A stretch of DNA of 64,000 nucleotides from the NCBI GenBank assembly GCA_030390025.1, contig CM059431.1, forward strand, positions 143,532,001-143,596,000, written 5' to 3'. Both the position numbers and the translations under genes were made by a program. Of this stretch, positions 13,295 to 23,107 are shown piece after piece. The notes beneath the pieces are model-generated. The model was given only the letters and a program-made list of their open reading frames with translations. It was not told the DNA's origin and made no database searches. Source of the DNA: Squalus acanthias (lineage: Eukaryota). How positions within the stretch are numbered: the first letter of the stretch is position 1; the number at the start of each line of letters is the position of its first letter.

Positions 13295-14240
13295 CTCTGG
13301 AGGAGGCCCCGGTCAGTCACATCTGGAGGAGGTCTCGCACAGTCCCCTCTGGAGGAGGTCTCGGTCTTTCCCCTCTGGAGAAGGTCTCGGTCAATCCCCG
13401 CTGGAGGAGGCCATGGTCAGTACCCTCTGGAGGAGGTCTCAGTCAGTCTCCTCTGGAGACGGTCTTGGTCAATCCCCTCTGGAGGAGGCCTCGGTCAGTC
13501 CCCTCTGGAGGAGGTCTCAGTCGGTCTCCTCTGGAGGAGGTCTCGGTCAGTCCCCTCTGGAGGAGGCCTCGGGCAGTCCCCACTGGAGGAGGTCTCAGTC
13601 GGTCTCCTCTGGAGGAGGTCTCGGTCAGTCCCCTCTGGAGGAGGTCTCGCTCAGTCCCCACTGAAGGAGGTCTCGGTCAGTCCACTCTGGAGGAGGTCTC
13701 GGTTAGTCTCCTCTGGAGGAGGTCTCGGTCAGTCTCCTCTGGAGGAGGTCTCGGTCAGTCTCCTCTGGAGGAGGTCTCGGTTAGTCTCCTCTGGAGGAGG
13801 TCTCGGTCAGTCCCCTCTGGAGGAGGTCTCGCTCAGTCCCCTCTGGAGGAGGTCTCGGTCAGTCCCCTCTGGAGGAGGTCTCGGTTAGTCTCCTCTGGAG
13901 GAGGTCTCGGTCAGTCCCCTCTGGAGGAGGTCTCGCTCAGTCCCCTCTGGAGGAGGTCTCGGTCAGTCCCCTCTGGAGGAGGTCTCGGTCAGTACCCACT
14001 GGATGAGGTCTCGGTCAGTCTCCTCTGGAGTTGGTCTCGGTCAGTACCCTCTGGAAGAATCTCGGTCGGTCCCCTCTGGAGGAGGCCGCTGTCTGTCCCC
14101 TCTGGAGGAGGTCTCCGTCATTCACCTCTGGAGGAGGTCTCCGTCATTCACCTCTGGAGGAGGTTTCGGTCATTCCCCTCTGGAGGAGGTCTGGGTCAGT
14201 CCCCTCTGGCGGAATCTCGGTCGGTCCCCTCTGGAGGAAG
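13295..14240. repeat. Minisatellite, 26-bp unit
   Basis: Tandem CTCTGGAGGAGGTCTCGGTCAGTCCC, about 36 copies. Confidence 0.95.
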
Positions 14241-14559
14241 CTCTTGTCCAACATTCCTCTTCGCCAAATTTTCTTTCCCTAAATCCTCTCGTTGCAGTTT
14301 TCAAAGATAATACTCAGAAGCCTGCGGAAATAACTGGATGAAACAAATTAGAATTAGCAAAGACACAGCAAGGGACCAGGCTCCCTCTCTCTCACTCAAT
14401 TTTCTGGACAATCTCTCAGCAACACCGTGTACCAACCACTCCCAGTTATAAACCAAAGGAACTGAAGAGTAAAAGATTGAGAGTCAAGAAATGCGTTGAC
14501 GACACACAGGAGAAACACGACTCATCGTTTTTTTCCTCCAGAGAGGGGGGCGGTTTGTA

Positions 14560-15224
14560 TTGGGACCCACCCAACCTTGTGGCCCCCATCCTGGGACACA
14601 GCTATCCAAATACCACACCACCCAGAAACCCACCCACCCAGCGACCAACCAATCGAGACACCAACCACCCTGGGACCCACTAACAAAAATATATCCCACC
14701 CAGTAACCCACCCACCCAGCGACCCACCAATCGAGACACCAACCCCCCTGGGACCCACCAACACAAATACTATCCCACCCAGGGACCCACTTACCCAGGT
14801 TCCTACCAATCGAGACACCATCCACCCTGGGACCAACCATCACAAATACTATCCCACCCAGTACCCCACCCACCCAGTGACCAATCAATCGAGACACCAA
14901 ACACCATGGGACCCACCAACACAAATACTATCCCACCCACCCAGGGACCAACCAATCGAGAGACCACACAGCCTGGCACCAACCAACAGAAATACTATTC
15001 CACACAGGGACCCACTTACCCAGGGTCCAAGCAATCGAGACACAACCCACCCAGAGACCCAAGGACCCACGAAACGAGACACACCCAACACTGGAAGCCA
15101 CCAACCTAGACACCATCCCAACCCACAGACCCACCCATCCAACACTTCCACACACAGAGACCACCCCACATATAGACTAACCACCCGAGACACACCCCAA
15201 AGTGGGAACTACCCACCAAGCCAC
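14560..15224. repeat. Degenerate C/A-rich tandem repeat, left part; resumes at 22029-22285 after the provirus
   Basis: Recurring GGGACCCACC and CCAATCGAGACACC motifs on both sides of the LTR element. Confidence 0.8.
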
Positions 15225-16244
15225 TGCAGGATCGCAAATTAGACCTGTGTAACTAAACCTATATCCCCTAGTCTTTAAATATATATTAACCAAGGCTGTA
15301 GGGCAGTAATATTAGAAATCATGTTTAAAGGATAGTTAATTCACTTATACAGAGATATCAATACGTACATATAGCTTTTAGATAGTTGCAAAGCATGATG
15401 GACTATTTGGTTCATTATATTAACCCTTTTAAATAATACTGAAAGAAGTGTTGCTCCCTGCAGCGAGATTGTCGGAGTCATAGCTTATTTTCTATGCATT
15501 TTAGAAGGCCATTATCAGTGCTACAGACGCAGTGTTTATACGTAGGTGGCCTTTGGAAGAGATAAGGGAAACTGAACTGTACAGGGAGTTGACCATTTCT
15601 CTCTTGGTCTCAAATACCTTATCTCCCTTTGGAGCGACCTTGTTTATCATAATAAGCTTTTCTCGAGAATTAATTATGTATTGATAAGGAACAACAACAT
15701 GGGAACAGGAAGTTAGGAGTGGTATGACCTTGTTTACGAGACAACATGGATCCTGGTAAATTCCGCCACTAGAGACTAGAAGATCCCAGGTATGACAGTT
15801 GAGTGATTGATCATTAACCAATAACGGAGTAATGGTATTGATGATGTTTGTAGGTGCATTCCCACTTCTGTAACCTGTGGGTGTTGCCCATTGAAATGCT
15901 TATATGAAGTTTTTCCTTTAAGAGTTGGTTTCGAGTCTGAGGAGATCAAACTCTCTCCCTTTTTACACAAAGCCTTCTGCCTAGTTTCTAATAAACTTTT
16001 ACTTTGTCTTCAGTTCCGTCTCCGTCTGATTTTGCTCCAAAATTCGATGTAACAGTAAGGCCCGTTGGTGAGTAATTGGGAAGCCGGGAGCAGGGGTGAC
16101 CTCTTAGGACTTTAATTAGTCCCGGTGGTCTCGAATTGGGCCCCTGTGTAAAACCCGGAGCAGGGGTGACCTCTTAGGACTTTAATTAGTCCCGGTGGAC
16201 TCGAATTGGGCCCCTGTGAAAAAGTCCTAAATTCTGATCTAACA
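15225..16244 (+). repeat. 5' LTR (1020 bp)
   Basis: TGCAGGATC...GATCTAACA, AATAAA at 15990-15995. About 55 substitutions and 2 indels versus the 3' LTR by hand count. Confidence 0.95.
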
Positions 16245-16246
16245 GT

Positions 16247-16264
16247 TGGTGTCAGAAGTGGGAT
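16247..16264 (+). promoter_or_regulatory. Primer binding site, tRNA-Leu
   Basis: TGGTGTCAGAAGTGGGAT, 2 nt after the LTR end. It is the reverse complement of the 3' 18 nt (ATCCCACTTCTGACACCA) of vertebrate tRNA-Leu(CAG/CAA). Confidence 0.92.
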
Positions 16265-16814
16265 ACTGGACTGGAATGTTGGGTGCGGTGGTTGAGGGTC
16301 ACTCCTTAAGAGAATTGTTGGAGTTGGGCTTTTCCTGGACTCCCTGTTGCATATCCCTCTTGGCGAGTCGCGCTCGCAAAATAAGCACCAGCCAGGCGCA
16401 GTATTAAATTATCCACGTAGTTAAATTACTCCTCACGGAGACTCACGGGTTGACGGAATTGACTAGACCTAACTGTGTGTATACCGATTTAAAGTATAAG
16501 TGTTTGTCATTGTTCTGATTGAGTGTGTGTCATTGTTGAGAGTCACGGGTGATCGACACGAACAAGAGTGGTTGGTTGTCTATCTCAAACACCTAGCCTG
16601 AGCCTGAATTAAGAGGACGTAGTCCCACGTGATGGCCAGGATCAAGTTGGTGTAGGGAACTTCGAACACACCACAGGATCGTGATCCCGTGACGAGTAAG
16701 AGTAAAATAAAAGATAGAGCATAAGGTGATACGTTTGTGCCGATTAAAGTATAAGATTAGACTAAAGTAAGTTAAAGTATAAGATAAAGCATAAGAATAT
16801 ATGTGATTATAAGT

Positions 16815-17511
16815 ATGAGTGACGTCGGGAAACCCCTTTCACCAGAAGTTCCGGCTATGGCCACCATTGTCACTGTTGTTAAGCGGGTCCAAGAGGTTGA
16901 TCTGAAATACCAGAGTGAGATGATTAAAAATGAGTGGAAAGAAATAAGTCCAGTAGCTGATCAAATAAAGTGGTGGGCGGAACTAAAGGATACGAAGCAA
17001 GCCAACTACGGGACGGTTTTGTGTGCCAGTTGGTTGAGCCAGATGGGACCCATAATTGTGGACTAAATGGGAAAACCGTCCCCACTACAGGACTTTTTGA
17101 GACCTGTTCAGGAGGCAAAGGTCCGAGTCCGAAGTCTCTTGCATCTGGGGCCGGTAGGGACTGAGGATCTAGAGGATTTAAGGAATTGGGGGGGAATTTT
17201 TGGTGCATTAGAAGTCCAACAAAATTAAGACAAAACCAGTAGCGACGGCCCAGGAGAACCGTCTCTGTTATCGGTGTAGCTCACCTGACCACTTTTCCAA
17301 AGATTGCCCGGTGACGGGTAAACCATGTACCAACTGCGGTCGCTTCGGACACACTCGGGCTGCTTGTTTCAAAAAGGGTGGGGGAAGGGAGGAACAGGGA
17401 CCCCGAAAACTTGGATCACAGGGACCACAAGGGGAGGGGGGGCTGTCTGACCGAGAGTTGGAAGGACTACGGGCCCTCCTCCTCCCGTCACCAGCTCCTC
17501 CACACGATTAG
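16815..17511 (+). pseudogene. gag: Short retroviral gag remnant with two CCHC zinc knuckles
   Basis: CYRCSSPDHFSKDC (from 17266) and CTNCGRFGHTRAAC both fit CX2CX4HX4C. Internal stops (17064, 17209) and a frameshift near the G-run at ~17190. Ends TAG 17509-17511. Confidence 0.8.
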
Positions 17512-18180
17512 GATACCTCGGTCTCCTCCGTCGGAGGACCGGGGGCCACCCGACCGTGTCTAAATGTGCTGTTAGGAGGCCGGCAGTATTGTGCTTTTAT
17601 AGACACGGTAGCCTCGGTGTCGATAACCGACTCGAAATTCCCTACAATAGATCAAACCATCCAAGTAAGCGGGGTCAGTGGAGAAAGTGTGATCCTCCAT
17701 CAGAGTGTTCCGTTTGCACTGCAATTATCCCCAGAAAGCCGAACCTGGTGGGTCACTCTTTGGATAGGTCCCAACAGTGAGGGCCTCATTTTAGGTATGG
17801 ATGTCTTGCACCAGATAGAGGCAAACCTGCTCTTAAGTGACCACCTATTGGAAATAGTAGGACCAGATGGTGGGAGATTTCCCTTCCTGGAAAATCAGGC
17901 CAATAAATTTCGGGTTAAATATCTACAGGAGGCACAGGATGATAAAAGAATGGAGGGAGTTTGGAAAATACCACCTAGTGTGGGACAGTGCGTGATGGTT
18001 CAGCGATCGGTTCGAGGTACGTTTGAGCCACGGTGGGATGAACCTTTCCAGATCCTCCTTAGTACAGGAACCTCCGTTTGTCTGCAAGAAAAAATAGATC
18101 TAAGGTGGAGACACTGGAGCCAGACTAAGCCGGTGATGGCGCCCGGGGAAGGAATTTCCACCGACCCTCACGACCCCTAG
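17512..18180 (+). pseudogene. pol: Retroviral aspartic protease fused to integrase C-terminal domain (internally deleted pol)
   Basis: In frame with gag. AFIDTVASVS (D-T-G changed to D-T-V at 17602-17610) and ILGMDVL, then FEPRWDEPFQILLSTGTSVCL..WRHWSQTKP, similar to the MLV-type IN C-terminus. Confidence 0.85.
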
Positions 18181-18278
18181 GGCTGAGGAGTAGAAAAAAA
18201 ACCCTGCAGACTGGATTCTGTCATTTTCAGTGTACTGTCACTTTCAAAGCCTGTGCTTTCCTTCTCAAGGTCACAGGC

Positions 18279-18282
<4 letters not shown>

Positions 18283-18311
<29 letters not shown>
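18283..18311. repeat. (CT)n microsatellite inside provirus
   Basis: About 14 CT units between the pol remnant and env. Confidence 0.95.
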
Positions 18312-18315
<4 letters not shown>

Positions 18316-18619
18316 GAAGAGTGTTGTTGCTACATAAAAAAAAATCTGATTGAAGTGAATGCAATGTATGTGCCTGTCAGCTGAGGCAATGAATTATCAA
18401 ATGATTATTAATAATGCGAGTAACTTTATTTTCCTCCAAGTGTTTGATTAGGACCAAGTCCGGAAAATTACATAGAGTCTTCGAGTTGTTATTTGCCTTG
18501 TGTTTTTCTTACAGACGTTCCACCCGGCCTCATTACCGTTACCACTTCTAGGGATACCGACCCTCCAACAACGCAAAGTATTCTCCCATTTGACTTGAAG
18601 TGGTATTATATTAAACACT

Positions 18620-20663
18620 ATGGGATGGCTCTTATTAAGAATAATAGGGCTGCTGGTGGTCAAACAGACCACAGCCGCCACAGAACTGGAGTGGTGTGGG
18701 AATGATTTCGGCACCCATACATGTTACATGGATGACCGCCGAATAGGAGTATGTGTAGATTACGAGACCGAGGAAAAAATGGCTCAATGCTGTCAGAATA
18801 ACCAGCGCATTTGGCACCCCTCATGTACGCCCATTTGAGTCAAGTGCCAACAATATGGTAAAGGTATGGTACCGAATGGCCCTCCACCCCCTATAATTCA
18901 CTGTTATTGGGGTCAAGATCCACCCCAAGCCATTAACCCGACACCGGCCTACAGGCCACTGATTTGCCCATTTATGAAGGAAGGACCCGTTAGTGGATTG
19001 GTGTTCACCCAAACCGGAAACATATTGTATGACAACATACGACACGATTGAGTTCCAGTAGTCTTGAACCTGACCGACACCGCCCTACCCGTATGGTGCT
19101 CGTCACAAACCCAGCAATTGTATCAGCATCTCATAACACAAGTATTGAGACAAGGCGCGATCCGCAGCGGAGGTGGATACAATAAAAGGAACAGGCGGGT
19201 ATGGCGACGGAAAAGGGATTTACTAAATGATGCAGCGACGGTTTTTAATACAGGCGCGTCAGTGGTTAATACCATCGATCTGGCTGCATTAGACCAGAAG
19301 GTTCGACATTTGAGCTCACGGCTCAAAGCCATTTTACAAGAACAGAATAAGAATGAGGGTCAAGAATTAAGGGAGGATCAGATATTAACCTTCTACCTCC
19401 AGGACATAGCCACTGTACTAGAAGCACACGCGTAGACAATAAATAAGATTGTCAAAGAAGAACACAATTTCTCACAGCAGGCAGCGGCGAACGATGCCTG
19501 CAGCACCTATGGTAACTGGAGAGTTGAGCAGACCGAAGAGAATTTAGACCAAATACAGGGAGGGGAGGTACCCTTGTGGATTACCAACCAGCAATTAAAA
19601 GGGACTCTAACCCACGAGCATGCTGGGAAGGGTACACCCAAACGCCTTCTGGATAGCCTTAACATAACGACCTGTCAATTTAGGACCATGATACGGGTAT
19701 ACCCCACCCAAGTAGAATGTAAGCAAAAGGGGTGCGGGCTCCTGGGCTTAGTGCTGGTAATTCCGCTACTGACCCCGGAGACTCAAGCACGCGAGGTATA
19801 CCAAGTACAAAATATTGGTGTAATAAAAGATGGCATGCTCATATCTCACCATAATATGTTACCTTACACAGTGATGATAAATGGAAATCTAGTGGGTACA
19901 AGACTAGAAGGATGTACTACCCGACATGCCATCATCATGTGCCCGCATGCAATCAACCACAGCCCACAGAGCCGGTGCGGTTTTAATACCACAGACCTGG
20001 AGATTAACTGCACCATGGAAGCATTGGATTCCACCGCCAAACCCACCCAGGTGGCATACGCCGGTAGGGATGAATATCGTGTTACGACCAACTTGAATAC
20101 GTTATATTACGGCAATCTAACATGTGATATTCCCCGCCCAGAGTTCTGCTTCACCCCAGAAATTATCGTACGAATTGGACATGAGGAACTGGTGGGCATA
20201 CATCAGTATGATACCACTTCTCTCCAAGTATCCGAGGACATTAAGAATGACTTGCGAAACTACATCAACACTTTGGGTACCCGATACCCCACTGCCCGAA
20301 CATTTAAAGCAGTTACGGGGAAGGATTCAACATTCCTAACGGGTGTATTATACCCTGCAACAACGTAGCAAGAATCTGAAGAAAGATATGGACGCGATCA
20401 AGGTGACCACATGGTGGGATGACATTTGAGACTGAGGACTAAATTTACAGATCCATCCGTGGATCAGGCTAATTTCACACATATTGGTCGTGGTGCAGTT
20501 AATACTGGTTATCGGTCTGTTATGTATGGCATGTAAGAAATGTAAGAGGATTCGGGCAAAACGAAAGGCAAAACAAATGATTAAAGCTGTTAGTGCATGC
20601 ACTGCCCCTCCCACGCGTAGCTGGGACGACTTTGGACGTTTGTTAGAAAAATCAAGTGTATGA
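18620..20663 (+). pseudogene. env: Envelope/class I fusion glycoprotein, ~680 codons, interrupted
   Basis: Four track ORFs share one frame, split by single stops (18836, 19049, 19433). Signal-like N-terminus, RRKR at 19205-19216, fusion-peptide/heptad segment and Cys-rich ectodomain. Frameshift near 20275, then TTWWDDI*D*G, TM LISHILVVVQLILVIGLLCMAC and a basic tail. Confidence 0.88.
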
Positions 20664-20985
20664 ATACTGAAGAAATGGTATAATGAATCGGGGATTGCAT
20701 AACTATTAACTTTACTCATCTGATGCATACCTGGTGCCCAGACGGGTGGCCACCCCGACAGGAGTCACACCAGACCATATACAACAGATGGGCGGCCTAC
20801 CTGGATTAACCAAAGGCCTAAAAAGGGGGGAGGGAATTCAGGAAAACTTCATCATTCATGCAATTTGAGCTGGGGAAAACCTATAAGTGGTTCTGCAATA
20901 TATATATCCATCAGTTTATCATATTAACGTAGTTGTAGAGAGAGCACATTTCTCAACCCCGCTTCAAGTATCCTTTCCGGGGGTT

Positions 20986-20997
20986 GAAAGGGGGGAC
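20986..20997 (+). promoter_or_regulatory. Polypurine tract
   Basis: GAAAGGGGGGAC directly upstream of the 3' LTR. Confidence 0.85.
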
Positions 20998-22028
20998 AGT
21001 AGGATCGCAAATTAGGCCTGTGAAACTAAACCTATATCCCCTAGTCTTTAAATATATATTAACCAAGGCTGTAGGGCAGTAATATTAGAAATCATGTTTA
21101 AAGGATAGTTAGTTCACTTACAGAGAGATATCAATACGTACATATAGCTTTTAGATAGTTGCAAAGCATGGTGGACTATTTGCTTCATTATATTAACCGT
21201 TTTAAATAATGCTGAAAGAAGTGTTGCTCCCTGCAGCCAGATTGTCGGAGTCATAGTTTATTTTCTATGCATTTTAGAAGGCCATTATCAGTGCTACAGA
21301 AGCAGTGTTTATACGTAGGTGGCCTTTGGAAGAGATAAGGGAAACTGAACTGTACAGGGAGTAGACCATTTCTCTCTTCGTCTCAAACACATCATCTCCC
21401 TTTGGAGCGGACCTTGTTTATCATAATAAGCTTTTCTCGAGAATTAATGACGTATTGGTAAGGAACAACAGCATGGGAACAGGAAGATACTAGTGGTATG
21501 ACCTTGTTTACGAGACAACATGGAGCCTGGTAAATTACGCCCCTAGAGACTAGAAGACCCCATGTATGAAAGTTGAGTGATTGATCATTAACCAATAACG
21601 GAGTAATGGTATTGATGATGTTTGTAGGTGCATGCCCACTTTTGTAAACTGTGGGTGTTGCCCATTGAAAGGTATATCAATGCTTGTATGTAGTTTTTCC
21701 TTTGAGAGTTGGGTTCGATTCTGAGGAGATCAACCTCTCTCCCTTTGTGCACAAAGCCTTCTGGCTAGTTTCTAATAAACTTTTACTTTGTCTTCAGTTC
21801 CGTCTCCGTCTGGTTTTTCTCCAAAATTCGATGTAACAGTGAGGCCCGTTGGTGAGTAATTGGGATGCCGGGAGCAGGGGTGACCTCTTAGGACTTTAAT
21901 TAGTCCCGGTGGACTCGAATTGGGCAACTGTTTAAAACCCGGAGCAAGGGTGACCTCTTAGGACTTTAATTAGTCCCGGTGGACTCGAATTGGGCCCCTG
22001 TGAAATAGTCCCAAATTCTGATCTAACA
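20998..22028 (+). repeat. 3' LTR (1031 bp)
   Basis: AGTAGGATC...GATCTAACA, a direct repeat of 15225-16244. Confidence 0.95.
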
Positions 22029-22654
22029 ACACCATCCCACCGAGAGACCCACCCACCCAGCGACCCACCAACCGAGCCACACCCCATATTGGACAGACCC
22101 ATCCTACGCCAACCCAGCAAGAGACCACCCCACACTGGGACAGACCCACCTCGAAACCATACCACCCAGAGTCCACCCCACCTAAAGACCCACAAACCGA
22201 GACACACCCCACACTGGGTCCCAGACCCCGTCCCACCCAATGGCCCACCAAACGAGACACACCACACAGTGGGACCCACCCACGCAGGTGAACAGGTTGT
22301 AGACTGAAGGCTGGGACTCCTCCCCTGAGCCTTTGACATGTTGGTTTTTCGCTCTTGCACGCTCTGTGTTTCAGCCCATTCTCATGTTAATCCGGATAAT
22401 GTTGTCCAGGACCGGACTGCTTTGTCCAGGTACATTCCATAAACATGTTTGTTGATTTGAAAACTTAATATTTGTTGAGAATTTGGCTGCAGTTTTATAT
22501 AGTCCTAAACACTGAACCCTCTCGCAGGCCCTCTTCAGGGCTGGACCAAGAAGAGCACCCGCTGAAACAGATCACTTCTACTCAGAGCTCACACCACACC
22601 CCACAGACAGGGCTTGAAGAAGCCAGTGTGACGCAGGACGGACTCCTTCCGCAT

Positions 22655-23060
22655 CCGCTACACTCCCTCCCTCCCCTGCTGCAAACCCACCTGTGTGTAT
22701 TCATTGTCTGGGGAAATCCCCTCCCTCCCTCACCTGCTCCAAACTCCCAGTGTGTATTCCATGTCTGCGGTATACCCTCCTCTCCGTCACCTGCTCCAAA
22801 CTCCCCTGTGTGTATTCCTTGTCTGCGGTCATACCCTCTCCCTCCCTTCTCAACTCCCCTGTGTGTATTCCTTGTCTGCGGTCATGCCCTCCCTCCCTCA
22901 CGTGCTCCAACCCCTCCATGTCTACTCCTCGTCTGGGGACTTGACCTCCCTCCCTCACCTGCTCCAAACTCCCTGTGTGTATTCCTTGTCTGCTGTCATA
23001 CCCTCCCTCCCCTTCTCCAAACTCCCCTGTGTGTTTTTCTGGTCTGGGGATATCCCCTCT
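22655..23060. repeat. Degenerate pyrimidine-rich minisatellite, ~58-bp unit
   Basis: Recurring CTCCCTCACCTGCTCCAAACTCCCCTGTGTGTATTCCTTGTCTG. Confidence 0.85.
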
Positions 23061-23107
23061 TCCTAGAAAGTGTTGAACTTTCCCTGTAAACTGGGATTAA
23101 GCTGTTG

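Larger units (their letters stand above)
15225..22028 (+). mobile_element. Endogenous retrovirus-like provirus: LTR-PBS-gag-pro/IN-CTD-env-PPT-LTR, RT-less and defective
   Basis: Paired ~1.02-kb direct repeats, tRNA-Leu PBS, PPT, CCHC knuckles, aspartic protease, integrase C-terminal motif and env. Imperfect 4-bp flanks CCAC/ACAC. Confidence 0.95.

Noticed and set aside
10466..15242. Many long overlapping ORFs on both strands
   Set aside because: They arise from 55-bp, 26-bp and C/A-rich tandem repeats and show no domain or splice support.
16091..16216. Ribozyme in the LTR 70-bp repeats
   Set aside because: No hammerhead CUGANGA/GAAA pair and no convincing twister or HDV core on either strand.
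18620..20663. Domesticated syncytin-like env gene
   Set aside because: Six internal stops and a frameshift rule out an intact protein from this copy.
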